From the NCBI GenBank assembly GCA_965250285.1, contig OZ252299.1, positions 864,001-928,000 of the forward strand: a stretch of DNA of 64,000 nt, given 5' to 3'. A program made the translations under genes and the position numbers. This stretch comes from Myxococcota bacterium. Lineage in GTDB: Bacteria; Myxococcota_A; UBA9160; UBA4427. Shown here piece by piece: positions 29,770 to 39,280 of this stretch (within the stretch, counting starts at the first letter, position 1; each line of letters starts with the position of its first letter). The notes under the pieces are model-generated. The model saw only the letters and a program-made list of their open reading frames with translations. It ran no database searches and was not told the origin of the DNA.

Positions 29770-32670
29770 TCACGCTGAAGAAGCGAGCGCGCGGGCCTCG
29801 CGCAGGATGGGTGCGTCGTCGGTTGGAGAGAACGCTCGAAGGAGCGCATCGAGCGGCTCGCCGTCCGCCGAAGGTGGACCCTCCGTGAGCGAGAGTCTGG
29901 CCAAGCTGATCGCGGCACCGAGCCCCTGGGTGGGCGCTCCGCACCGGCGCGCACGCTCGATCGAAAGCCTGAAACAGTCGCGCGGGTCGGTGGGGTCATT
30001 CACGGCGGCTGCGCCGGCCTTCAGCAGGAGCTCGCCGTGCATCCAATGGAGCGCCGGCTCGCTGGCGATCTCGCCGGTCTCCTCGATGAGCCGGAGGCCC
30101 TTGGCGACGGTCTCCAGTCCGGCCTCGACTTCGCCGGCCAGGCCTTGTGCCTCGGCCACCATCGCGCACCAGAGCGGCTGACCCATCACGGCGCCCGCTG
30201 CCTCCAGCAGCGCCAGGCCCTGGGAGGCCTGAAGCGCCCCTTTCTCGGCCTCTCCCTTGCGGGCTTGAACCCAACCCGATGCGATGAGGGCGCCGGGTGC
30301 GTAGTACGGAAACCCATTCGCCATCGAGAGCTCGAGGCACTCGCGGGCGGAGACCTCGGCCGCCTCGACGTCCTGAAGCAGCTGATTGAGCATCTGCTTG
30401 TAGAAGTACGACAGCACCTGGCTCGGCACGTGGTCGTGCTCGCGCGCAAGCTCGACCGACTCGGCGCTCCACTGCATCGCCTCGCCGACGTTCCCACCGG
30501 CGGCCAGGATCAGACTTCCATGTCCGAGACCTTGGACACCCGGATCGGTGACCGCGGGCTTCAAGGCCGGACCGTCCGTTCGGGGATCGTAGAGGTCGCG
30601 CGACGCTCGCACGAGCTGAGCCGCTTCCTGGTATCGGCCTACGCTGAAGCGGGTGATCGAGTGGCTCAGCAACGCACCCATCCGGTCGTAGGCGTCGCCC
30701 TGCTGCTCTGCGACGTCTACGAGCTGTTGCGAGATGCGCCCGGCCCGCTCGTGGTATCCGCGCAGCGCGTTGAAGCCGCACAAGCCCGCGAGCACAGCGA
30801 TCAGCTCGGGGGTGTCCGCATCGATCTTCTCCGAGAGCGCGAAGGCGCGTCCGTAGACGTCGCGCACCTCCGGGTCCACATAGCCCTTCGTCAGTGTCAG
30901 GCAGTGACCCAGCTTGGCGAGTAGGCTGAACTCGCGCGGGGAGCGGTCGATGTCCATGGGCAGCTCGTCGAGGAGCTGCATGGCATGCCGCAGCAGCTCC
31001 TCGGCCGCCTCATTCGTGCAGCGTTGAATCGCCAGATCGGCCGTCTCGCCCAGGTAGCGAATCGCTCGTTCCACGTCGGCGCCACGTTCGAAGTGCATCG
31101 CCAGGAGAGCGGCGACGCCCGCCGTGTCGCCGCCACTCACGGCCTCGAGGTGCAGGCCCAGTTCGCGATGCAGCGTTCGCTTGTGCGCGGGGGGAATCCG
31201 TTCGTAGAGCACCTCCTGGTGCAGCGCGTGGACGAAGCGGTGCAGCTCTCCGTCGGCCCGCACCAGCCCGTGCTCGCGAGCGACGCGCGTCACGTGCTCG
31301 AAAGTGTCGGCCAGCGGCGCGTCGACACCCGTCAGCCACTCGGTGGGAACACTCACCCCGGCGACGCTCACGCGCTCGAGGGCGCGCTGTGCGTCGTCGC
31401 TCAGCTGATCGATCTGGTACTCGATCGCTTGTCGCACGCCGCTGGGCATATCCAGCGCTTGAACGTCGCCCTCGAGCTGCCAGCCGTCCGATGTTTCGAC
31501 GAGCCGCCTCTCGCGAAGCAGTGCGTCTGCGTGGCTCACCATCAGGAGCGGGTTGCCCTCGCTGCGCCTGTGAACGAACTGCGAGAGCACCTGGGTCGCA
31601 TCGGCGCCCGGGAACCGGTGCTCGAGATAGGCGCTCGTATCCGCTGCCGAAAGGAGATCCACCGGCAAGTCCCGGCAGAGGTCGTGCAGGCCCAGCTCGA
31701 CTCGAAGCTCGGCCAGACGAGCTGCTTGGCCGCGCGGATCGGAACTCGCAGCGGGGCGGTGCGTTGCCAGCAACAGCAGGCGTCCCATCTCGCTGCGCCG
31801 AGAGAGCATGTCGATCGCCTGGAGGGTTGCGGCATCGCTCCAGTGGAGGTCTTCGAGCAAGAGCACCAGAGGCTGCTCGGCCGTGATGGCTTCGATGGCG
31901 ACGGCGAGCTCGCGCAACATGCGGTCCCGGTCGACACGCAGCGCGTGTGATCGAACCCGCGCCATCTTCTCGGGCTCGAGCAGTCCGGGAAGTTCGATCA
32001 GCCAGGTGGGGGCATGGCGCTCGAGGATCTCGATCCAGCGTCCGCCTCCCGCCTGTCGGCACAGCCTCTCGATCGCTTCGAGCAGCGGCAGATACGACTC
32101 GCTGTCGCCGTAGCCCCCCATGCACTGACCGTGGCAACAGACGGCATCCCCCGCATCCTGTCGCGCTGCGACGAAGGCTTCGACGATGGAGGTCTTCCCG
32201 ATGCCGGGCTCGCCGTGCACGAAGACCGTGCGGCGATCTCCGCCGACCGCCTCGGCGAACCACTCGTTCAGCTGGTGCAGGGCGGAATCGCGTCCGACCA
32301 ATCGGGTGATGCCGCTGGTGGTCGCGTCGGGCGCGGCTCCGTCCTCGATCGGAACGCCAAGCTGTCCGATGAAGCGGTAGCCGCGGCCGTGCACGGTCTC
32401 GATGAACTGCGGTGCGGCGGCATCGTCGCCGAGCGCTCGTCGCAGCTCGCGCAGGGTGCTGCGAACCGTATCGGAGCTCACCGTCGTCTCGCCCCAGACG
32501 GCGCGGAGGAGCTCTTCTTTGGAGATCAGCTTGCGAGGGTGGGTCGCCAGATGCAGCAGGATCGCGATGGTCTTCGGCTTCAACGTGATCTCGTCGAGGC
32601 CGCGCCACAGGCGCTGCGATTCGAGATCGAGCCGATAGGGCGGGAAGCTGAGAGAGCCGGATCGACTCAT
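29770..32670 (-). CDS. Winged-helix (OmpR/Trans_reg_C) + AAA ATPase + TPR transcriptional regulator
   Basis: KEELLRAVW..LRRALGDD...FIETVHGRGYRF; GEPGIGKT; LEDLHWSD; EGNPL; helical C-terminus. Confidence 0.93.
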   Translation of the reverse strand: MSRSGSLSFPPYRLDLESQRLWRGLDEITLKPKTIAILLHLATHPRKLISKEELLRAVWGETTVSSDTVRSTLRELRRALGDDAAAPQFIETVHGRGYRFIGQLGVPIEDGAAPDATTSGITRLVGRDSALHQLNEWFAEAVGGDRRTVFVHGEPGIGKTSIVEAFVAARQDAGDAVCCHGQCMGGYGDSESYLPLLEAIERLCRQAGGGRWIEILERHAPTWLIELPGLLEPEKMARVRSHALRVDRDRMLRELAVAIEAITAEQPLVLLLEDLHWSDAATLQAIDMLSRRSEMGRLLLLATHRPAASSDPRGQAARLAELRVELGLHDLCRDLPVDLLSAADTSAYLEHRFPGADATQVLSQFVHRRSEGNPLLMVSHADALLRERRLVETSDGWQLEGDVQALDMPSGVRQAIEYQIDQLSDDAQRALERVSVAGVSVPTEWLTGVDAPLADTFEHVTRVAREHGLVRADGELHRFVHALHQEVLYERIPPAHKRTLHRELGLHLEAVSGGDTAGVAALLAMHFERGADVERAIRYLGETADLAIQRCTNEAAEELLRHAMQLLDELPMDIDRSPREFSLLAKLGHCLTLTKGYVDPEVRDVYGRAFALSEKIDADTPELIAVLAGLCGFNALRGYHERAGRISQQLVDVAEQQGDAYDRMGALLSHSITRFSVGRYQEAAQLVRASRDLYDPRTDGPALKPAVTDPGVQGLGHGSLILAAGGNVGEAMQWSAESVELAREHDHVPSQVLSYFYKQMLNQLLQDVEAAEVSARECLELSMANGFPYYAPGALIASGWVQARKGEAEKGALQASQGLALLEAAGAVMGQPLWCAMVAEAQGLAGEVEAGLETVAKGLRLIEETGEIASEPALHWMHGELLLKAGAAAVNDPTDPRDCFRLSIERARRCGAPTQGLGAAISLARLSLTEGPPSADGEPLDALLRAFSPTDDAPILREARALASSA

Positions 32671-33037
32671 TCAGGGCGCATCCGCTCACGGCCGCTTTGC
32701 AACGGGCACATCACGGAGACTCACCGTCCGGTGGTCGGTTTGCGGGCCGGCCGGCGTCGGCGGCGAAGGGTTGCCCTGCGTCGTCGCGATGGTGGCGGGG
32801 CCGAGCCGGCGACCATCGAACGCTCGCGGTCGCCGATGCGCCCCTTCGTTCGAGGGTCGTCCTGGGCATCACGCGACACGCTAGCGCGTCCGGCCATTCG
32901 GTGGGTCAGCGAACGGACGACGCCCGAGCCGAGTGCGACCGACCATCGCACCCACGCGTCGCGCTCGGTGCCTGACCGAAGCCGCCAGAGCCGGATCGGT
33001 CGCCCGCGACCCGACTCTGGCGCGCATGGGCCCGCTG

Positions 33038-35551
33038 TCAGCGGACCGCCAGTCGGCGACGCCGCAGTGTTTCGAGCAACAACACCCCGGCGAGGAGCGA
33101 GGCGCCCATGCCGGGCTCGGGGACGGCCACGGTGGGCACGTCTGGTCCATTCGCGAACGAGGCGGCCACCTCGGGTCCCGTCAGCGCCTGGTGGTAGAGC
33201 CGGAACTCGTCGATGGTCCCGTCGAAGTACCACTCGTTGCCGCTGTTGGAGCGGCCGAGCCAGTTGTTGACGTCGTTCAGATTCTCCAGCATCGCCGTCG
33301 TCGTCGTCTGGTCGATGAGGACTCCGTCTCGGTAGAAGGAGAGCTGGTGCAGGCCGGCGCCCGCTCCGTCCTGCTCGAACGTCACCGCGACGTGGTAGAT
33401 CGTGGCGAGCGAGGTGGGCTCGGACATGTGGACCCCTCCGGTCGAGAACCCGTCATTCATCGAAACATCCTGCAGGCCGATGTCCCAGCCCTGGGTGGGT
33501 CGATACCCGATGTAGAACTGGTTGCCCGCGATCGGTGCCGGTGGCACTTCGTTGCCCCCCGAACTCCCGAAATCGAAGAGCCGGCTCCACCACATGGCCG
33601 AGTCGATCGAGTACCAGATCTCGAACGTCGCCGAGTCGAGCGCCGAGACCAGTCCATTGGGCAGGTCGACGTACCCGGCGTCGGACAGCTCGCCGCCACC
33701 AGGAAGGCTGATACCACCGCCGGTGAAGGCAGCGCCGAGACCGAGGACCGTGCCGTGCGCTCCGCAGTTGTCTTCGACCGCGGTCGTGCCGGACGGGGCG
33801 GGTGCGGCGGTCTCATCGAATCGCCAGCGGTAGACGCTGCACGAGCTTTCCTCGGCGGCGACGACATCGAGTAGATCGCCATACGGGAAGAAGCGTCCGT
33901 TGTGCTCGGGACGAGCCCGCATCCTGTAGTTGCCCGGCGAGGCGGGGATGAAGTCGAAATTCAGGACCGGACCGAGATCGACCACCTGATCCGAGACGAC
34001 CTCGTTGAAGTTCGTAAGCTCGATGTGGTCGAGCTTCCAGGCCCAGCTGATGTCCGGTGCTACACAGCAGTACCCGCCTCCATCGTACGCGAAGCGAATT
34101 CTCGCGACCGTGCCCGCATAGGCCCCGAGCGGAACAGTGACGCCTTCCCAGTCCTGCATGTTGAAGTCGTCGGTGCCGTAGTAGGCGACCAACTCGGTCC
34201 ACGTCGTGCCCCCGTCGACGCTGATCTCGACCTTTCCTGCGGTCGTTGGTGCAGCGAATCCGAGCTGATGCTGGAAGCTCAACGCCGTGTCCGAGCGGAC
34301 CTCGATATCGACGTCGAGCTCGATGGCCTCGAAGTTGCCCGTGTAGTGCCAGAGGCGGTAGGCGTTGCTACCGGAGTAGACCCGCTCACTCTGCACGATG
34401 TCATAGCCACCGTCCGTCGTGATCAGCACGTTCTGCTCACCCGGCTCGGCGCCTTCGAAGAGGTCGAGTGCGGGCTGAGTCGCCACGATGTTGACCTGGT
34501 AGTTCGTGGCGGCGGGCACTGGGCTGATCGCGTAGGCGTTGATCTCGCCCACCGTCGGCGTGAGCGAGCCCGTCATGACCGGCGGAAAGTAGTCGAGGAT
34601 CAAGTCGTGCTTCTCGTTGCCGCCGCTCACCACGACGGCGGACACGTCGTCGGCCATGAAGGGCGCGGAGAACGTGACGGTGTAGGCACCATCGCCGGGC
34701 ACGGGGACCGCCCAGGCGCCGGAGTCCGTGGTCTCGGCGTCGAAGCTCGCGCCGGCGACGGTCACCTCAACTCCGCCGAGTCCTTCGTCGATGTCGTAGA
34801 AGTCGTCGTCATCCACATCGAGGATGGCGATGCCGGTGAGGTAGGTGAGCCCCCGGTCGCCGAAGTTCTCCGTCACGGCGATGAGCGGGCCGTACATGCC
34901 CGCTTTGGGATGGACCCCGATGCCGACCTCGCTGAATGCGGAGCTGAAGATGGCCCCTCGGTGGCCGGCTGGCGTCTGCATGCCGCCCGTGCTCGGGCAC
35001 TCACAGGGGTCCACGAGGAAGTTCGCATGCGCGGCGGTCGCGTCACCCTCGTGGACCACGTTCTCGCTGGCGGCGAGTCCGGAATATCCCACCACGGCGA
35101 GGCGGTCGCCGATCGTCCCATTCGGAATCAGCGGCGCGGGCGGGGACGCCGAGGAGATGTGTCCGAAGAAGTCATTGTCCACCATGTCCTGGGAGTGCAG
35201 CCCGGACACCCAATCGAGGCTCGACTGGAAGGCCAGAGGCTGCAGAGGGCTGGGCAGCGCCGCCATCTGCGCCTGAAAGAGCGGGATGTCGACGGCGAAG
35301 AAGGTGAGCAGGCCCTGTGCGCTTGGGTACGTCCCATCGATGACCCGTGTGGCCTCGGCGGTCGAGCTCAGCCGCGCCCGATTGATCAACTCGACGATGA
35401 GGACCTCGTCGGGCGAGGGGTCGCCGATCGGATGGAGGGGGAGGGCGCTCACTGGGGAGACCCCGGTGAGCGCTAAGAGCACGAATGCGAAGGCGAAGGC
35501 AGCCGCGAGACGTTTTGCAGACCGACTCGGGAAACGAGGGAGAGGGAGCAT
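33038..35551 (-). CDS. Multidomain PEP-CTERM protein: CAP/SCP domain, beta-sandwich domains and LamG-like jellyroll
   Basis: ELINRAR, HSQDM..NDFFGH, SENV, GHRGAI..EVGIG; YHVAVT...FYRDG..WLGRS..FDGTIDEFRLY; VPEPGMGASLLAGVLLLETLRRRR. Confidence 0.9.
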   Translation of the reverse strand: MLPLPRFPSRSAKRLAAAFAFAFVLLALTGVSPVSALPLHPIGDPSPDEVLIVELINRARLSSTAEATRVIDGTYPSAQGLLTFFAVDIPLFQAQMAALPSPLQPLAFQSSLDWVSGLHSQDMVDNDFFGHISSASPPAPLIPNGTIGDRLAVVGYSGLAASENVVHEGDATAAHANFLVDPCECPSTGGMQTPAGHRGAIFSSAFSEVGIGVHPKAGMYGPLIAVTENFGDRGLTYLTGIAILDVDDDDFYDIDEGLGGVEVTVAGASFDAETTDSGAWAVPVPGDGAYTVTFSAPFMADDVSAVVVSGGNEKHDLILDYFPPVMTGSLTPTVGEINAYAISPVPAATNYQVNIVATQPALDLFEGAEPGEQNVLITTDGGYDIVQSERVYSGSNAYRLWHYTGNFEAIELDVDIEVRSDTALSFQHQLGFAAPTTAGKVEISVDGGTTWTELVAYYGTDDFNMQDWEGVTVPLGAYAGTVARIRFAYDGGGYCCVAPDISWAWKLDHIELTNFNEVVSDQVVDLGPVLNFDFIPASPGNYRMRARPEHNGRFFPYGDLLDVVAAEESSCSVYRWRFDETAAPAPSGTTAVEDNCGAHGTVLGLGAAFTGGGISLPGGGELSDAGYVDLPNGLVSALDSATFEIWYSIDSAMWWSRLFDFGSSGGNEVPPAPIAGNQFYIGYRPTQGWDIGLQDVSMNDGFSTGGVHMSEPTSLATIYHVAVTFEQDGAGAGLHQLSFYRDGVLIDQTTTTAMLENLNDVNNWLGRSNSGNEWYFDGTIDEFRLYHQALTGPEVAASFANGPDVPTVAVPEPGMGASLLAGVLLLETLRRRRLAVR

Positions 35552-35851
35552 GGGCGTGTGCACCTCGGGCTCACCGCAGGTCGAGGCCATGCGGATGAAG
35601 GCGCATCCTCTCCAGCCGGACCCGTAGCGGACTGCAGCGACGCGCGTTTCAGATGCCGCGCATCCTACGAGCCGCCCTCACTTCACCACAATGCGATGCA
35701 CGATAACTGCACGAACGGTCTGTTCGATTGCACGGATCCCGGAAGCCCATTCGTCGCGCGGCCGAGCTTCATGGGCCTCGGGCCGGCCCCGCGCCAGGGT
35801 TTCGGGTTCGACCAGGCCTCGAAGCCGAGCTTCTCGCGCTTGCCCGTTGCT

Positions 35852-36535
35852 CTAGTCGACGCGGCGCGTGTGGATCGCGCCCCGCAACCGGGGGGTGCGG
35901 ATCACGAGCGAAGCGCTCGCCACCAGGAGCGCGCCCAGGAGCGCGGCCGACGGCGCCGAGAGCCCAGGCACGCTGGCCGGCAACGCGGTGATCACGAAGT
36001 CCTCGACGGGAACGAGGCCCGACCCGGCATCGAGCTCGACGCCAATCAATACGATGGACCCCAGAGAAGCGTCTGCGTTCTCGAAGCTCAGCTGGCCGAG
36101 GTAGCCCGTCGGCGTGGCGACGAAGATCCGAAACGGTGTGGGCTGGACGCCCGAGAGCTGGCCGGTTTCGTCGAAGTCGAAGGTGAGGACCCGCGCCCCA
36201 TCCGGTGCGAACGGCGTGGGCTGGATCCCCGACACGTCGCCCTCTCCGGCCGGAAAGAAGGGGGTCGGCTCGACACCCGAAACCTCCTCGGTGCCGGCGA
36301 GCCAGATCGTCTCGTTCGTCTCGCCTTGCGTGACCCGCCCAGCTGCGATCCCGCCGAGACCCAGTGGCCCGCCGGCGAGCAGGTGGATGGTCTGGCTGCC
36401 ATCCGGGCGCGCCTCGACGTCGAAGCGTGCCTGGAGGTCGGTGAAGACGACATCGGACCACGCGGGGGCCGCGGGACCGAGTGCCATCGCCGCGAGCGAG
36501 AGTGCAGCCGCACGAAGCCGGATCGAGCGAGTCAT
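35852..36535 (-). CDS. Secreted protein with three SG(V/I)(E/Q)PTPF motifs and an IPTL-CTERM-like anchor
   Basis: AAGGAGG RBS; signal peptide ending PAWS; VSGVEPTPF, VSGIQPTPF, LSGVQPTPF; SVPGLSAPSAALLGALLVASASLVIRTPRLR. Confidence 0.8.
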   Translation of the reverse strand: MTRSIRLRAAALSLAAMALGPAAPAWSDVVFTDLQARFDVEARPDGSQTIHLLAGGPLGLGGIAAGRVTQGETNETIWLAGTEEVSGVEPTPFFPAGEGDVSGIQPTPFAPDGARVLTFDFDETGQLSGVQPTPFRIFVATPTGYLGQLSFENADASLGSIVLIGVELDAGSGLVPVEDFVITALPASVPGLSAPSAALLGALLVASASLVIRTPRLRGAIHTRRVD

Positions 36536-36668
36536 TCGATCACCTCCTTCAGCGAATCCAGAGCCAGCGCAGCCTTGGAGGATGAATCGGCTCGCCGCAG
36601 CGGGGCTGGGCACCCGGCGACCGTCCTCCTGATCATCTTATGCGAACCGAGAGACGTTTTGGTTCGTC

Positions 36669-36737
36669 TCGAGCCGGGCGCTCGCGATCGAGCCCCGGGG
36701 CGCTCGGGTTCGAGCCCCGGGGCGCTCGGGTTCGAGC
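36669..36737. repeat. 22-bp tandem repeat (2 exact copies plus degenerate/partial copies)
   Basis: tcgagccccggggcgctcgggt at 36688 and 36710; degenerate copy at 36669. Confidence 0.85.
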
Positions 36738-36956
36738 ATCGATCGAGGCCGCGCCCGCTGCATCGCGCCCGCTCGGCTGCCCGCCGGAGCGTCACACCGC
36801 TTCGAGCGAGGGGCGCGATCGGGTAAATTTTGCGCGGATCGGCCGCAGTCGGCACGCATTCCGCGGCCGAAGTGCTCACCGAGAGGGCATGCAACTTGCT
36901 GGATCTCTCGTCGAGCGCTTCACCGGTCGAGGCGCGAGCGAGGGGAGGGCGACGAC

Positions 36957-38051
36957 ATGCGCGAAGTATGGCACCACGACGTGGATGGGACGCTGGCCGC
37001 CTATGCGAAATCGATTCGCAGCGCGGGCGCCGGTCTCTTCGTGAACGGCGCAGGCGAGATCGGACTCTCGCTGCTCAAGGTCGCGCTCAACGCCGGGATC
37101 CCGATCTCGGGGATCCACGAGCCGCATCCGCGGGCCGACCTGGAGCGGCTCGCCGCGCGGCTCGGGATGGGACGCTCCGCAGACGTCTCGTTCGATGCGG
37201 AGACGCAAACGGTGAGCGCCAAGGGGCAGACGATCCCGGTGCTGCGAGAGCTTCCGTCGGCGGGGCGGTTTCTCGACGCCCCTGAGTTCGAGCGTGTCGT
37301 CGTCCTCGACTGCAGCGGCTTCGAGTACACGCGCGCGCGCGCGGAGACGTTCCTCTCCGCTGGAGCCGATGCGGTGTTCTTCTCTGGGCCGGGCGCGACG
37401 CCCGATGAGCGCAAGCATATCCCGCTCCTGCTGCACGGCGTCAGCCTCGACGCGATGACGCCCGAGATGAAGATCGGCAGCATGGGCAGCTGCACGACGA
37501 ACAGCGTGGTCGCGCCGATCCTCGCGCTGCACGAGGCCTACGGCGTCGAAGGCGGCCTCATGATGAGCGTCCACAGCGCGACCAACTCAGACAGCGCGTG
37601 CGATACCTGGTCGAGTCGCGGGATCCTCGATGCGCTCGGCAAGCCGGGCGGCTCGGGGGCGCTGAAGCTCGTGGGGCTGCTCGTCGAAGAGCTGGCCGAT
37701 GCGTTCGCGGGCGGCGCCATCCGCATCCCCGCGGCCGACGGCTCGATGACGTATCTCGACCTCTTCGTGGCGGACGACTCGGTGGACGCCGAGGCCATCA
37801 ACGAAGTGCTGGCGGGGGTGGCGGCCCGCAGCGTGTTCTTCGGCTCGAACGGCGCCGCCGACCCGCTGACGATCAGCGACGTGCGAGAGAGCTACTACCT
37901 GGCGTGGCTCGACCCGAGACAGACCCGCGTCGTCCCGATCGACGGGAAGGGGGCCATGGTGCAGATCGCATCCGCCTACTCGAACAAGTGGGGATTCGCC
38001 GCCGCGCTTCTCGCCCTGCCGGCGCGCTGGCTGGAGGTCGCCGGCTCCTAG
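36957..38051 (+). CDS. Divergent glyceraldehyde-3-phosphate dehydrogenase-like protein
   Basis: FVNGAGEIG, VVLDCSG, GSCTTNS, GLMMSVHSAT, GSGALKLVG, AIRIP, YSNKWGF are colinear with type I GAPDH motifs. Confidence 0.85.
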   Translation: MREVWHHDVDGTLAAYAKSIRSAGAGLFVNGAGEIGLSLLKVALNAGIPISGIHEPHPRADLERLAARLGMGRSADVSFDAETQTVSAKGQTIPVLRELPSAGRFLDAPEFERVVVLDCSGFEYTRARAETFLSAGADAVFFSGPGATPDERKHIPLLLHGVSLDAMTPEMKIGSMGSCTTNSVVAPILALHEAYGVEGGLMMSVHSATNSDSACDTWSSRGILDALGKPGGSGALKLVGLLVEELADAFAGGAIRIPAADGSMTYLDLFVADDSVDAEAINEVLAGVAARSVFFGSNGAADPLTISDVRESYYLAWLDPRQTRVVPIDGKGAMVQIASAYSNKWGFAAALLALPARWLEVAGS

Positions 38052-38279
38052 CGGTCGGGGTCGCTCACGACAGTCGCCGCGCCAGGCCAGTGGGGAAGGG
38101 CGGCCGGCCACTTCTCAGTGTCGGCCGCGCCTCCGACAAGCCCACCGATCCCGACTGAGCAGACTCCGCTGCAAGTGACCGAGCTCGCGGCGTTCGCACG
38201 GGATCGTCGACGAAAGGTCGAACTCGGCTTCGCGCGATCAGATATCCTCACGTGACACACGAATCGGACGGGATCCATC

Positions 38280-39134
38280 GTGATCCGACTCTGCACAGAG
38301 CCCCATGCGAGCGTTCGGGCCCGCGAAAGACGGGCAAGCCGCCCCCTCGGCGAAACGTCGAGCCACTCGGGATCACTGAGGCGGGGGCTGCGGCTGCGGC
38401 TGGCGACGCTCGGCCTGTTTCTCCTGCTCGTTTCCCCAGTCGCGTCGGTCGCGCGCGCGCAGGGGGGATCTTGCGTCGACAACGATGGAGACGGATACGG
38501 CGTCAACGGCCACGTCACCTGCCCGCAGTCGGGGATCGACTGTGACGATGCCGACGGGTCGATCAACCCGGGCGTCGATGACGATGGCGATGGATTCGAC
38601 GTCTGCGTCGATTGTGACGACACCGACGCGGACATCAACCCGGGCGTCGATGACGATGGCGATGGGTTCGACGTCTGCGTCGATTGTGACGACACCGACG
38701 CCGACATCAATCCGGGCGTCGATGACGACGACGATGGCGAAGATGTGTGCACCGATTGCGACGACACCGACGATGGCATCGGCGGTGGCCTCGGTGTCGA
38801 CAACGATGGAGACGGGTTCGACGCCTGCGTCGACTGCAACGACTTCGATCCCTCGGTCGCGGTGGACGGGGACGGAGACGGCTTCAGCGCGTGCGTCGAC
38901 TGCGACGACACCGACGCGGACATCAATCCGGGTGTGGACGCCGACGGGGATGGCTTCAACGTGTGTGTCGATTGCGACGACACGGATTCCCTGATCGGGG
39001 GCGGATGCGGCCCGGCGCCTCTGCCCGTGCTGGCCGCGTGGAGCCGGCCGCTGCTGGTCGCCATCCTCTTGATCGCAGCGTGCACGCTGATCTCGCACGG
39101 AGCAACGCGGCGCCGATCGAGGCCACACGGTTGA
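38280..39134 (+). CDS. Secreted protein with tandem DxDGDG..DCDD metal/Ca-binding (MopE-like) repeats and an IPTL-like anchor
   Basis: About seven copies of D-x-DGDG-x(4-6)-DCDDTDADINPG, also visible as ~66-bp DNA repeats; C-terminus PLPVLAAWSRPLLVAILLIAA...RRRSR. Confidence 0.85.
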   Translation: MIRLCTEPHASVRARERRASRPLGETSSHSGSLRRGLRLRLATLGLFLLLVSPVASVARAQGGSCVDNDGDGYGVNGHVTCPQSGIDCDDADGSINPGVDDDGDGFDVCVDCDDTDADINPGVDDDGDGFDVCVDCDDTDADINPGVDDDDDGEDVCTDCDDTDDGIGGGLGVDNDGDGFDACVDCNDFDPSVAVDGDGDGFSACVDCDDTDADINPGVDADGDGFNVCVDCDDTDSLIGGGCGPAPLPVLAAWSRPLLVAILLIAACTLISHGATRRRSRPHG

Positions 39135-39220
39135 TCAAGAGGTCGCCGGCGCGGGGATCCCTCTAGGGAACCTCTCTTCGCCTCTGTCATCGGCCGCAGG
39201 GCCCGCAAGAAGTAGAGTCA

Positions 39221-39256
39221 AAGAGCCCCCGTCGCAGCGATGCAGCGGGGGCTCTT
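39221..39256. terminator. Hairpin between convergent genes (probable bidirectional terminator)
   Basis: aagagcccccg ... cgggggctctt perfect 11-bp arms. Confidence 0.6.
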
Positions 39257-39280
39257 GCATTCGCGACGCCGCTGACTCGA

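Noticed and set aside
32830..32910. VRGSSW..R..R resembling the FGE-sulfatase C-terminal motif
   Set aside because: The match is too short and the rest of the domain is absent
38560..38990. ~66-bp DNA repeats as CRISPR or a non-coding array
   Set aside because: They are in-frame coding repeats of the DGDG/DCDD protein motif
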